A stretch of DNA of 64,000 bases from Enoplolaimus lenunculus (lineage: Eukaryota), in assembly GCA_030248215.1 (NCBI GenBank), contig JASANG010003092.1:434001-498000 (forward strand). The letters are read 5' to 3'. The translations under genes were made by a program, and so were the position numbers. Below are positions 1 to 15,300 of this stretch, in pieces (the first letter of the stretch is position 1; every line of letters begins with the position of its first letter). Under the pieces are notes generated by a model, which did not search any database, was not told where the DNA came from, and worked only from the letters and a program-made list of their open reading frames with translations.

Positions 1-360
1 AATTGCATGATTCAAACCAATGACATTTTCTCCATCAGAAACAAATTGAATTTTAAATCCACCCGATGTATGGTCACTAATAATCACAATAGAACCTGAG
101 CCAACCTCCTTAAACAGTAAACAGTACACCAAAATCCAACAAAAACAAAACGACTACATATATATTCATTTTTGTTTTGAATGTTTTAGCTCTTCAAAGT
201 TTGTTATAGTATTACGCTCTTAGCATTACTCAAACGCATACCCCAAAACTGCAACTTCAATGTACACTCTAGAGTATCAAAACTGTCACAAAAGATTAAA
301 GATGAGACCTTAAAAACCCATTCTGCTACCAGCACCACGTACTCTATGAAACAAACATAC

Positions 361-3300
361 CTTCAGTGGATTGCCTTCGTACAGGGTCACTTGACGTTCA
401 AAAATTACTGGTTGCTGTGTTGCCAGAGTGGTCATCATTCTACCTGGTGAAATTCCGCTAAATTGGCTCCCACACGCCGATAGTGCTGAAATGGTATTGT
501 TATTGATACGATCAGATTCAGCAAGCAACTGTTCATCAGAGACATCGCCAGCTCCTCTATTTCGCACCACTTGGTCAACTTCGGGAGGACTTTCATCTAC
601 AAAATTATTGTAAACCAGTAACCATAAAAGAGTCAGAAACAGTATTTTGTTTATACGTCACAAACACTACAACTTTTTATTGATGTGTTGTGCCCTCCAT
701 GTCAAATAAAACATGGATGTGCCGATACGAAAATTTTTGCCGATGCCGATGTTTATTTTGAAAATTTTTTAGACGCACCGATATACGCAAACAAGTGAAA
801 CTATTGATAGCATTCCAGCTAAGTGTTTGTAAAAGAAGTATCGGTAAAGAATCGACATTCTTTGCAGCACCGATGCCGGTATTCACGAAAAGTGCCGATT
901 TTTACCGATGAAGATGCCGATTAATCGGAACATCTCTTCAGTAAAACAGTACTTATCACTACTCATACCGCAGCGACAAGTATTAATTTAGTTCATTTAC
1001 AGTAGAACAAAATACCAATTCCATGCAAGATAACAAAATCTTTGCATCATCCACAGGTTTATTTACAACACTTAGATCCTGAATATTCTGCGCTAACGCA
1101 CTGCTGTAGGGTACACTGAACGCAACACACAATCCTGAACAAAAGCGTAATCCTGTGCAATCAAAAAATATTTGCTCCATGTTTCATACAACAAAATTAT
1201 GACATCAAAGCCGCCACGCTACTACAAGCGGCGGTGTACAAATACAAATATTTAGTTCGTATATGCATGTTCGATGAAGGCATAACCGGATACAAAAAAC
1301 CTGACATTTTGGAGCATATTTACACAAAAGTGAAAACTTATTCACGTTAATTTAGTAGTACTTGCTATTATTTTGTTTTTACAAAAGTTTTAATATTAAT
1401 TAGATTTCTTTATCTGGGAACCGGACACTTACCACCACCGTCTGAGTCATTCTGGCACCCTCGGCATCCTGTACAGCGATCGGTGCTATTTTCATAAGCA
1501 TAAAAATGCGACGGTAAACCATACCGTTCGGCACGTTCACGTTGCTCGTTGGTTACCCACCGCGACTCACCAATTATTTCTACTTCGTGCTCGCTGCTTG
1601 AATTGGATTGATTGCGTCTTGAGTCCACCGTCAATGACAACGGTGGCTGTTGATCGGCTTCTGGTTTTGATAACCTGTCTGAAAGACTAGCACCCACGCA
1701 GTGTGAACAGTGCACGTTACTGTCACTGGCTAAAGTCAGGAAAAATTTCAAGCCTGGGGCACGACATGGTGTTATAAATTTAGTAGATGGCATGCGTACA
1801 TGATGTGCAGCGCAAGTTCTGCACTTGAAATTAAACAAGACTATTACTATTTTTTATAAACTTTAGAAATTTTGCAAGGGATGGAAGGGAAAGTTCCCCT
1901 GCATACGCTTTGCTGATGTAATACTTAATCTGCGAAGTTTTATTAATAAATAACCTTGCAGAATATAAAAAGCTTTCGGATGGTGTTTCAAATCATATTT
2001 TGAAATCTATTGCATTTAAAATAGGGTTTAAAATGTTTTACCCAAAATTAACTAATTTTAATACTCAGCAAACAACATGGCTATTATGCGAGCAAATTTC
2101 ATAAAACCCAAGCCCAGGTTGTCTAGCTGACAAAGAGACCGAGACCAGCAAAGTAGCAAACTAAAAGAAACAAGATAAACCTAAAATCAGGAGCCAAATG
2201 ACTCTATAAAGTAAATAACGTACCTGCTGCTTCCGTCACGCTTTCAGTTGATTTCTTTCCGAATAGCGAATTGAAAGTTACGCTTTCACCGGATAAAACA
2301 TTGCCACCGCCGAATAAACTAGACGCTGGTTTTGGAGTTAGGTCACTAGCGGTCGAACTAACACCAAATAACCGTGAAATGGATCCTGATGTCGTTGCTA
2401 CTGTAGGTGATCCTGTAACACGAAACGAATCTGGGAACACAGGTTTAATGATTTGTACCTTTCTCAACCCATGTTAATTTTTAGGTCTTGTTCACTAAGC
2501 ATAAACCTAAACCTAAGCTTAAACCTAAACCTTAACTTAAGCAAAAGCCTGAACATAAGCCTCCCAGTCGCCCAACGGACAGTCTTCAAAAATAACATTG
2601 GATGCTTCCGTGTAGTACAAAAGATATTGCCCTGAATAAACTTTGAAATTTAGTTAAGAGCATACCTGAATTGGTCGAGGGACTACCAATTTTGAACGAA
2701 AACCCAGCCAGACATTCGCTTTTTGTTTCTTTGTTCGCACCATGATCAGAAGCGGTTGAACCAAAAACGTTTGGTGAACTTGCGTTAGTGTCGGCAGGTT
2801 TTAACGGCGACGCGCCAGGAGTTATGCTTGCCGTGGATTCCGTCCAAGTCTGAAACAACGTAATAACAGTCGTAGTAGAACTACATGTACTGAACGAAGC
2901 TCGGACATACTTGTGAAATAATTTAAAAAGTTTTAATTTACGCTTAACTAATTTAGCTAATATGCAAATTAACTATTAGCTAACTATTCAAATCTTGGAG
3001 GTTTATAAATAATTGGTTCACATTTCTCACACCCAAAAACACTTTAGTACTGAATTTGATTGCTAGTAACCGTAATAATCAATGAAATAATATAAAAAGT
3101 CTTAATGATGCTTAACTAATTGACCTAATATGCAAATTAGCTATTAGCTAAATATTTAATTATCGGCTCTGAAGGTTTAACGACAATTTGTTCTGGTTGC
3201 TCGCGCCCAAAAACCCTTCAGTGACCCTAATAATCAAAGAAATTAGTTAGAAAGTCTTAATTTAGGTTTATTAATCAAGCTAATATGCAAATTAGTTATT

Positions 3301-6300
3301 GGCTATCTATTTAACTATCGGTTTTGTAGGTTTGTAAACATATTATTTATACTTTAAGCAGCCGAAAACCAATTAGTACTGAATTTGATTGCTTGAAACC
3401 CTAATAATCAGTGAAATAATTTAAAAAGTCCTAATTTAAGCTTAACTAATTAAGCCAATATGCAAATTAGGTATAAGCGAAATATTCAATAATCGGTTTT
3501 GGAGGTTTATAAATATTTTACTCTGATTTCTCGTACCCTGTAACCCTTTGGTGCCGAAATTAGATTGCTTGTAACTCTAATACTTAGTGAAATACAGTAA
3601 AAAGTGCTAATTTAGGCTTAACAAATTACTCAAATTAGCCTGTAGCTAATAAACGGCCTAAAGTTTTAAAACTCCAATGCAAAGTTAACACCCCAGGATA
3701 GAAAGCTTTCAAACAAAAAAAGTTTGTCAAAATCGGTTCAGCTCAGCGTTCCTGAGATTATTTTCGGACGGACGGACCGACGAACGGATGGACGGACGAA
3801 TGGACCGACAGACTTACACCTTTCGACACCCGAGCGCAAAATATAAAACGCTTCGCGTTTCGCTCCGCTCAATAAATCATTATCTGACTGGTAAATTCCT
3901 AAACCGATGGTACCAAAAAACTTAACCAGAGATGTAACTGCAGTTAAGAAACCATTAACTGGAAAACCTGGGTGAGTGTCAGAAAAAGTAGGTACGTTAA
4001 TCGAATTCCCATCATTACTGACATCACAAAACACGGGACGAAACCGAAAATAAATTCTCATAGAATGACAATTTAACGTTTAAATGACCATGACATTTTA
4101 GCGATTTAACTGAAAACAGAGATTACAATATGCGATAAAGTCAGTGTGCTCCAATGAGGCTTGAAACATCATATGACATACCTAAAAGCAATATTGCACA
4201 AAAAATACCACGGAACACGCTATTTTTTACACAAACACATGATCCCTCATACCTTACGGAACAATTCTGCAACAGAAGCGTCTTTAAACCGAATGGTAAA
4301 CACTTTCATTTCTAGCTCATTTTCCGAAAAATCGTTCGCTGCAAACGTAAACGCTCGCTCGCCCTTCGCTGTCACTGTCATCTCCGGCTTAATGATAAAA
4401 TTGCAAGCAAGCTTTAAAATCTGAAATAAAATGACATAACACGCGTCATGTGTTGAAATTGAACAATACACTACAGGTTGTACATAAATTGCTTAGTAGT
4501 AAAATGCTATATATAACCTACCAACTGAACACTAGGTAGCGCCATAGTCAAATTTAATTTAAGTAAATCTGCAACCGCAACGCCAAGCAAACGACGTTTA
4601 GAAAAGGTTCATAGTTCTGATAAGCTGACCATCTGTACATTAAGTTATATTTTTAAACAGGTCATTTATCTTCAATAAATAACTATTGGAAATGTGATCC
4701 AACGAATACCTGATAACCATTTACTTCGAGTGTTTAAATTATTGCAATTATTGGCATATTTTACTCGCCGTTAGGCACTCTAAATAAAACAGGCACAGGT
4801 ACAACATAAGAAGTTTTCTAGTACGTACTTTCTCACGACGCATCAAGCCCCGTAAATTTCCAGAATTTGGATGCTGAAGGATTTTGAAAATACCTTCACC
4901 GCGTTCTTTATGAGCACCGTCTACAAACTGATAGAGCTTTGCAGGTGCTTCAAACAAAGCTATTTCTTCTTCCTCACCTACAAAAACACAATATGCGAAC
5001 TAAATTGTATACAGCTGCACTACTACCACACAATAAATTTTGCAGCACTTAAACAAACCACTAGTTACCATGTAAACTTTACCTAGCCTAAACTTGCTAT
5101 CTTCAGTAAAATCATCAGCAGTTGGCAACCAGATAAGAAATTAGGTTTTCACAGTTAGTTAACGTCGAACAGCAGGCAAAATTGACCACAGGTAACCAGA
5201 CAAAAATAGCAATTAAAAGTTTAGACACAACTACGTATTCAAGTATATACCTAGTTTAGCAATGAAAGCGTAAAACATAATGCGTTTGTTTGCTAGAATG
5301 AAATATGCTACTTTTTTGTATAAAAAATTACATTTACCGGTCGGCGTTTCTTGCTCTGGCACAAACATAACAGGTTCATAGTGAGGGTCATATCCATCGT
5401 CAACATCCGGCTCGTTCTCGCCGTCATGTTCCCTATCGACCCCGGTGGCACTTATCAGAGGCGTAGTTGACGTAACATTACCAAGTCCCGGACTAGCAGA
5501 TGCTGTTGAAAGACCAAAAGAAATCGACCGCATGCTGCCTAAAATACTGCATCAGTGTTTCGCATTATTAGCTAGTACCATTACGAACCAGGGAGGAATA
5601 GACCGGATATTAAATTTGCCGGATACCAGAACAGGAATTTCGATTCCCATTTAAATCCAGTTCTAGTTTCGATTGCAGGTATGGCCGGAATAGTAGCTCT
5701 GCATCCTTTCTAACATGTTTTATTGTCATTACGCGCGAAAACTACCTGTCGTTCTGTTACGTTTCATAACAACCGATTCTTATATTAGTTCTAAGCTCAC
5801 ATTTGTTATATATGGCATGAAAATTATCATAAAACCTGAATAGAAACACTTGAAACATTTATCGCACACTAAACACATAATGACTCGGCTATGTAAAATG
5901 TATGGGCTCGGAAAATTTACAGTTGCGTTTCTGGTTCCGATATAGTTCAATTTTCGCTTTACACCCTGCCAGATACAGCTTCTAAATTTGTACACTGTTT
6001 GCAGTATTTGAGTCGTGCAGAAGTATGTTTACTGATTTAAAATTAATTGTTAGCTTGGGATGTTTCATTTCAGTGGGTGTTCAGACCTTAAACTTTTAAA
6101 CTAGCCCGAAAAGCAGTTAATTTTCTACTGGATACCAGAACCAAATACGGATGCTGCAAATCCGATCGAACCCTGCGTAACCAAAAGACCCACAACGCAT
6201 AAAGTAATTCCTTACACAATCTTATTTATGATAAAACTTCAAGTGCGTACAAAGATCTAAATCGCTCGCTAAAGCAGAAATAATCTCACTGAGCAAGCAA

Positions 6301-9300
6301 CAGCGTCAAGACAAAACTAAATTTTGACTACCACTCACTAAAGTTAATGTTTCTTCCAACAAAGCAAAAACAAGGTTTCAACAGGGTAGCCCTAGTCGCA
6401 AAAAATACTAAATGATGACCTCTATCACCTCCCACAAAATGTAATTTCTTTCATGCTGATTAAAAAACCGTAAAACAGCTAATACATTGCGAACACAAAC
6501 ACAAAGGGTGTAAAACGAACCTAAACTTCCGGAAGCTTTTAGTTCAGCGGAACTCGCACAATCAGCTGACCCGTCGCCTGATCTAGTCACAACAGGCTTT
6601 GTTGATGATCCATCAGTTATACCAAGACCAAACGAAAACCCGGCTGCACCCAATCCGCTGCTATTCGATTGTGGTTTCCACAAATTTTCGACTAACTGTG
6701 GCCCGCCAAGAGATTTGACTTCGTCGGCAGTACCTTCCTTCCCGGTCCCACAACATGGGCAGGTTGAAACGGACGGATCATTTTTGACCATACACCCAGA
6801 GCATTCCCATTTCATCGCGTCACCAGCTACAATTGCCGCGTATGACAAAGCACCATCACCAGATTGCGAGGCTGCGTTTGTATCCACAGGTGCGATGGGC
6901 GTGGCAAGACTAGCGGTTAATTTTTGTGTTCCGCAGGAAACAGAAATTGATTCTTCAAACACCTAAAGCACAACTATATGCACATAACAAGGTTAGCATA
7001 AAACTAACATAACAAAAGGTATGAAAAAACAAAAACCTTGTTAGATAATAAGCAAACAAACATGCAAGCAAACAAACGCTCAGACATGTAGAACAAAATA
7101 ACAAACAGCTTAATTCCGGACAGAACGTTAAACTTACCCGCTTAAATGTGTCTGCCTGATCTTTTGTTTTGAACTTGATTGCAAGCGTCTCGTTGGAAAC
7201 TTCGTTTTCAGAATAATCTGCAGCCTGCCAGATAAAAGCTTTGTCCGACCTAAAACACAACCTACGTACAGTATGAAACAAAATTGCAAGTAACGCACCG
7301 AATACGCTGGCACTTTTTAAAGTGCTACATTGAAGTTCCAACGTCATGCTCGAGGTCTAGGTGTAATAATAAATTTCTTTATCTTAAAAAAATCAAAAAG
7401 CGATAATCATCGAAGAAAGCTTTTGAAGCATTCTATATCTTGTTTACATACTGACCACCTTAGTTGCATCACGCACTGGCACTGGAGATCTTAGAATTTT
7501 GTCCCATGAGATGGGTTTTGAATATATTTTTAAAGTGATTATCACTCAATTTTTCGGCCTGAAAATTCAGCTGCCTATATAACAGACATTTCGGGTGGCA
7601 GCCCCTCTCCTTGAACCTTTCCTGCGCATTTGAAAAATCAAGCAAAACGACCGCTTCAATAAAACTGAGTTAATTATTGTACCAAGCGTTGTGAAATATC
7701 TCTTCACCTGGTTGATAATCTCACCTTTCCATTGGCTTCAATACCATATCTTTGACAATGCGGTGGTTAGCGCATACTTTGAGTACTTGCTCGCGTCGCA
7801 TTACTACCCGTCGTGCGCCAGTTTGAGGGTTTGACAAAATTTTAAATTGTCCCACGCCACGTTCTTTGAACGATTTTGTATCGCAGTCAAAACGGTACAA
7901 TTTTGCACGTTCACAAAATAAAATCTAAAATAAACGCAACGGCATAACTTAGCCTAATTTATTAACACAACGCATCGTGTCGCGCAATCTGATTATCACT
8001 CACTAAATTACTAAAATAGTTCCCAGTGAAATTGAAAAACATACGAAAACAGTTACAAAACAAAACACATCCGATATCAAGCTATTAGCTTAATGTGCAA
8101 AGTTTTAAATATTAAGAAGCAGCTGCAAAAAATTCTTCCAATACCCAAAGGTTATTGTTCCATTTTTTAGCATCTCATTAAGAACTTGATATTCCAAAAT
8201 TTGAATTTGAAATACAACACAAATTACCTCTTCTCCTTCTTCACCAGTTTTCACTTCAATCAAATCCGGTAGTGGCACAACAGGAGCAAATTCAGCATCC
8301 GGCTCGTAGTAATCTTCGTCTTGATGACCTGAATGGTTGTGTCCAGGAGACTTAGAGCCATCCTCGGTGCCACCAATAACAGCATTCAATTCGCCACTAT
8401 CACTGCCTTTGGACGTAGATTTTTGGCCACCAAATACATGAAACATGTACGACAGAATAATCACAAATAACGGTTTTTATAATAAGTTCAGCGGTTTATA
8501 AAAGATACTTAGGCAACTTATCACCGCCGATATCGTTGTATCTAGATTTTTGGCCACCAAAAACCTGAAACATGTATAATAGACTCAAGAAATCAGATTT
8601 TCCAAAAAGTCCAGGTATTATAATAAAAAGTTCAAATTTTTATACGAAACACCATTACCAAAACACTCATGACATTTACGAGAAAACACAGAAGCAAAGA
8701 GTGTACTGGCACTTCGTACTTGCTTATTTAAAACACAGGTTCAAGAAAAACTTAACATCAGAGAAAAACTGGTCGTAAGCTTACCAACGATCCAGCGCCA
8801 GGAAATTGGGATAGTCCTTCGCCGAAGCTAGTAGCATTAGAAGCAGAAGAATGCGACACACCTGGCAATTGTTTCGAAGAATCTTGAAAATTGCGTGCCA
8901 TAGACGCAAATGAAAGAGATGACGTCTGTGAAAAAGTGCTTCCAAAAACTGGTGCAGATCCTAAAATTAATTTGACGATCGTAAACGTAAAAGCTTAAAT
9001 GTCAATTATACTTGGATTCAGGCCTAAATTTTGCTACGTGTAAATAAACAATGCGAAACAAAGGGGCAGAGGACTACAGGAATCATCAAATTATAATGTC
9101 GTATGCACATCCTACTAATGGTCTGCAAAGAATCGGATAAAAGCACAAAAATTCACTTTTAATTTATTTTGCTTGCCTTTTTACGCCGATTTAACAAATA
9201 CCTTTGCAAAAGCGTATTTCGAAAATCTAGCAGACATTTTAAAATAGCCAACGGTGCTGTCCCTAACGCCTTAAATACCTCCAACTGGAGGCTTCACGGC

Positions 9301-12300
9301 AAACGTGGACACAAAATTTTAAAACGAGGATTTGCTGCATCAAACTTTTAATTTGTCAAAATAAACATCGGCTAGATTCTAGCTGACTTCACTCGCGACA
9401 TTTATTCTTCCCTATCATCCCCTGTTGTTATTTTTAATTACTCAGAGGTACTGTTCTAATACCTAATCCTCGAAAACGGCGGTTCGACCCGATCCACGTC
9501 CCTAGAATGGGCCTTTTGGGAGTTCTGCAAAACTATCCATCATGTTATCTCAAACAATTTTGTGCTCTCGGCGCAATTCAGGTTACGCATCCGCATATGC
9601 GCTCTTTGTTCTAGGGTCGGCTTGTGGGAGCAAAAACACACTAGCCGGAAAAGGGCTTATAAGTTTTGGGAGTCCCTCACATGAGTTTGAGGGATCCCTC
9701 ACACCCTAGGCACGGCACTGATAGCCAAGAACAGACTTGCGACGAGCAAAAATTCAAATGTTGTGACATAACTGAGCATTCGCTGAGCCTCTGTAGTGCA
9801 TGGACGAACGCTGAGCGCGCGTATAAACCACGAAAAAGATATCTTTAAACTTTAGAAAAATACTAACCCGAGGGAAACCCAAATCGTACGACTGAAGGCA
9901 TGGGACTGAACGAACCGGGTATAAATTGAAGTGGGAGCTTCCGATCAGCTGGAGAATCAGGGACGGGCTGTCGCGGTGAAAAACAGACACCGAGACTCGA
10001 GACAGAGATCTTACTACCACGACTGGCCATGGAAAAGTTTCGGTCTCGGTCAATTTTTGGTCATTACCAAAATAAAATTTTCAGAATAAATTCTTTCTTA
10101 CGCCTTTGTCGTAGTTTTTTGTGTTTTTCAGAATATCTGCTTGTAATTATATCATAACAATGAAAATGCATAGGTTCACAGAGAAATTGTATTTGCCAGA
10201 TGATATTACTTCCTTCAATAATATTTACTTCTACTGTTTACAAATTTACCAGCATGTGCTAAATCCTCGACTTCAGGTCTCGGTTCGAAACCACCACGAC
10301 CGAAAACTGCCAAATACCGAAACTTGCTGAGACCAAGACTCCCACCGACTCATACTTGCTGCAAGCTCACCTGTTGTAACTTTTGGCGCACTGGTTACGC
10401 TCGAAAGTGCGCCAGCAGGATTAATTGTCGTGTTCGAAAAAGAAAATGAACTAAAAATGCTGCTTGTAGTTGATGCTACGCTATCGGTTTCCGTCATCAC
10501 AGAGATTGTTGTTGCCGTTGCTGTTGTTCTTGCTGTAGTTGTAACCGCCTGAAAAAGATTACACTAACAGCGTACTGCACCGTTCACATTATCCACAACC
10601 TAATATAGGCGGATATTCATTGATAAAAACCAATCGCAGATAAGATTCGCAAAAAATCCCCTTCTAGCGCCCCTACACTATACAAAATCTTACATCCCAA
10701 AACTACGTACATATCAGAACCCACACAAATTTCGGATTCGGCGAAAATTGACAGTTCGGTTTCGGTTGTGAAAAAACCGAATCCAACAATGTTGGACAAA
10801 ATATGCTTACATTTTGTCCAATTAAAGTGGTCATGTTAAATCGATTTTATTACTAGCGGAATGGAATTTAGTACTAGATTCGTTAAGTGACTAAAATCAA
10901 ACAAGCAAAAATTTTGGAACTTGGACAAAATGGTCGATCGCTCAATGAGTTCAATACCTCAAAATACCAACATTGCAATATAGCTATGCGGGGAGATAGA
11001 TAACGTCAGCTTCTGCAACATACCATGATAGGTAGCTCGCTTTACGCACGGTCTGAGATTGACTAAAATATGAATTATCGATATAATTATCGATTAAGAT
11101 TTGGCAAATTAGCAATGGATTCGCAATCGGCACAAATCACAGATTTGGATGTTTATTTATCCTAAATACGAGGGTGCGACCGTAGACCAAAAAATGCTGA
11201 AGCCGGATAACTTAACATGCGGTTACAGCCGGATAATTAATTCAAATGTTATACTAAACGGCATTGAAATATCAGAACGTATCTAACACTTCTTTCTTCC
11301 GTGACTTAAGATACCCAAAATCTTTACACGACAAAGCTTAACGGCTCATGCAACACTTCCGTGACTTCAGATTTCCAAAATCTTTACGCGACAAAGCTTA
11401 ACGTCTCAGGCAGATCAGAGTTTTTTGTGCATTTTACGGTGCATTTGCACACCTTTGCTTGACAAGGCGCACAGATTTTTGAAAATGCTCATCGAAATGC
11501 ACAGTAACGTAAGCTGAAGCCGAAAATCAGTTATCAGGAAATAAATATACTAAATAATTATAGAAAACATTCCAGCTCACTATCAAGTATAAAAACTATT
11601 GACAATTTTTTCAGCGCCGATGTCTATATATATACTTATATATTCAGTCTGTTCGTTGTGTGAAATCAATAACTACGTTAATTTAAGTACCTAGCATTTT
11701 GTATGTGTGTTGTGACCTAAGAACTAGAAACCAGTCATTCAAAGTCATCATACATAAAAAGCAAAAAATGCACAAGTGAATTCCATTATGCGCAGTTCAG
11801 TTTGAAAATGCACATAATGTTTGCACACGTCGTACATTTGAAAAAAATACCCTGATGCAGATGCATTTTAAGATTAAGGCTATCCGCGTGCCGCCGCACT
11901 ACACCGCGCGCTGCTATGCGTTGCTTACGAAAACATACGCAAAATCTATTTAGTGGCATGACATGCGACAATTTATATAAATAAAATTGTGAAGGTGCAC
12001 GAGCACATAAAAATATTTACAACACAATTATGACAGAAAAATATATGTAAAAGTAAGTAAATCAGTTCTATGGCAATTGACATAAATATAAAATGATGAA
12101 GTTTTAATTTGTTGAAGTTTTTAAACAAACATCCGGAAAATTTAAATATCGGAACCGGATGTCGATTTTTTACCAGAGACACATAGTTTTCCGAGAGCTG
12201 CGGAAAAACAGATTCAAGGAATTGCAGCTTAATGGCAACAACTAACCGTTGGCTTGTTATCCGGCGACACTGCTATCACTGGCGGTTGCGTAAATGAAAA

Positions 12301-15300
12301 TCCACCAAACGTAAACCCACCGCGTGTTGTTGAAATCCCTCCAGCTGTGTCTATAGTTGTTACTGGAACAACACACGGTGAACTAGAGTTGCTCGAAGAA
12401 GTAGGTGTCGCGTATAAGCTTGAGTTCACACCGCTAACGCTTTCAACTTCGGTCGGCGTTGAGAACAATCCGCCAAACGAGCTTCGGGTACCTGCTAATG
12501 CAGATAAAGCAAACAAACCACTGGCCACGCCTTTTGAACCGGACATACCCGCAGAGCCTTGTCCAAATTTTGAATTTCCAGGCGGAGTCCCGAATAATAG
12601 CTTAGCGTCCGCGCCTGATGCTGGTACAGAAGTCGTTGCTGTTGTTATCCCAGTCGTCTGAATTACTGATTGTCCTTTATTCTGCGATCCAAACAAACTG
12701 CCATAATCAACTTTTCCAAACGCATTAATCGCAGACGTTGCACTGGTTGTCAACCCACCTGCCACCGCGCCTGTTTTATTTCCACGATTCGCTTCAGAAT
12801 TCAAAGATTCAAATGGTTGAGTTATATTGTTCGGATTTTGCTGGGTATGTTTTTGTTCCGCAACATCGTCGATGACCTTTTGCGGAGTATTTGTTGATGA
12901 TTCACCACGCCGGCAGGCATCTTGAAACACATCGCGGAACGTATCCGCAATTTCGGTCGATGCAAATCGAGCACAAAACTGTTCAGTTGTACCGGGGTTC
13001 GGTCCTTCTTCAGTGTCTGAGAAATCCAGTGCGATCCAAATGAGAACTGTTGGCCGGCTTTCATGAGGCGTTAGCTGCATTCCATGCATTAGCATGTGAT
13101 TTGCGCACACCTTATGTACCTACAATTGTTGAATCGCTCGTATATAACATTTAAAGACAGTTTACACGCATATCTATTTCATTATAGCGGAAAATTTATA
13201 CAAAAACGAGAGTTTGACGTCCAAAAAAGTTATTGTAATTCTAAAATATTCGACCAGTGGTAAAGTGTCGAGCGGGGCGCTTGAACCTAGGGCAAATCGA
13301 GTTTGGAATGGCTTTGGCCGAGTGGCGGCCTCCACCACCGAATTCCACTAGCGAACTCTCAGATTTCCTTACGGAATTTATTGCTATATTTGATTGTGCG
13401 CAAACTGGATTTGGGTAGGTAGCTCTCTAATTTTTGAGGTAAGCGTTTTAGTAAACACACTAAATACCTTAGTCTTTACGTCTATTTAAACTGTATCTAA
13501 CTTGTCAGTACAAAAATAACACACACCTGTTCCCGTCGCATGACAATTCGACAACGATGTGATTCAGGATTTTCAAGTATTTTGATCATGCCTTTACCGC
13601 GTTCTTTCCATTGTTTATCAGACCAACGATATAAATTCGCCTTTTCCATGAAAAGAACTTGCTCGTTTTCTTCGCCGGTGGTTACCTCGATTTTATCTAA
13701 AAATCAATGAACAGCAACCTTTTCGGCAAACTCAATACTAACAGAAATACCACAAACAACAGCTATTACAGCAATTTAAAGCAGTGAGATTCAGGCCAGG
13801 CACGGACTATACACACTCTCTCTCACACACATACACATGCACATACACACATACACATACACACAAACATACACACATACATAAACACATATGCACACAC
13901 ATACACCAGATTTTCTGATATTTGCTGTGTTGGACGCAAACCCATACAGAAACCAAATATAAAAATATCAAGGCCGAATAGAAAGTGCATATTTCAAGTA
14001 AAAGTTATTTATAATTTTTAAAATAAAATATTTCTAATTCTTTTTTTTGCAGTTTTTGTGTTTTTCATAGTTTTTTGCTTTTTTCATACCTTTTTGTGTT
14101 TTTTAGAATATTTGCTCGTAATTATCGCGCAACTATGAAATTTCATAATTTCGGAAAAAAAATTTATTCATCAGCCGTCGCTTACTTCAATAATACAGTC
14201 ATACACTAGCTGAATCCTCGACTCCAGGTGTCAGTTCCAAACCACCGAGGCCGAGAGTCCCATCCCTGCTATGATATGCTATAATTTAGTTCTTACCAAA
14301 ATTTTAATATTCTCTGCTTTTCATGGCATACTTGTTGCAATTTATAGAATACTGAAGTCGGATATCTCGTTGCACGCGTGAACCCAACGTCCGATATTAT
14401 GAATGATACTCCCGATCTGGCCACGATTAAACTTTATTTAATAGCTAGCGTTTAAACGTAACCATCTAAAACGATAAATTGAAAAATTTCTAACCCTCTG
14501 CGTTTGAACTCACCTGGCAGAGGGACTATCGGTTCATAGTGCGGATCGTAATCAGACGTTTCCGAACACTCTGACACATTTCTAGCATCAGGAGTTGACC
14601 GTACTCCACCACAAATGCCATCAGCTGTTGTCCTCGTACCGTCACCTGTTGTATCCGGTGTGAAACTAACCGTCTTCTTGTTGCTAGTAGTGCCTTGTGA
14701 TGGAGTTGCTAAAATACAGTGTGAGCATTCACTGTGTCCGATGATATAAAGAGCTTCAATTAAGGGGCACGAAAAAATTACTGATCGCTCGTATATAACA
14801 TGTGAACACATTAATACGCATATACATTAAATCACAACTGGAAAAATATTCCAGTGTGTCTGCCGCGCTTTAGAGCGTAAAAATAGACACTACACTAAAA
14901 ATTGTACTAAAAAGGGCAGTGAGTTCAATAAATTCAAAATTAGCACACATTTACTCAAGCCAACTTCGGGATCAGTCAAACCTAACAAAATATGGTTATA
15001 CAATGTGTTATGAAATAATCAACACAAAGTACCATCACTGTTATGAAGTTAAAAAAAACAAAAAATTATAATAGCTATAGCAAACAAAGCTTCATCAAAT
15101 GAACGAAACTAAAGTTATAATGAATTTAAAAACGCATTTAAACGCTACCTGGCAAAATCGTACCTTCTGCATTGCTGCATGCCTTTGGCGGTGTGTTGAA
15201 CAGTGTTTGGCCAAACTGAAAACGTGGAGCATCTCCCGTCGGAATTTGTGACATATCGACTCTAGATGTACCCGCTCCGAACAATACTGGTGGTTTGAAC

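Noticed and set aside
1017..1078. Extra RanBP2 exon
   Set aside because: Phase is incompatible with the flanking phase-1 exons; a stop appears in the required frame.
9470..9960. Possible decayed LINE reverse-transcriptase fragment
   Set aside because: Only faint motif resemblance (DLG..LKF, EFCS); cannot be supported without a search.
12254..12897. Plus-strand ORFs overlapping RanBP2 exons
   Set aside because: Antisense shadows of coding exons.
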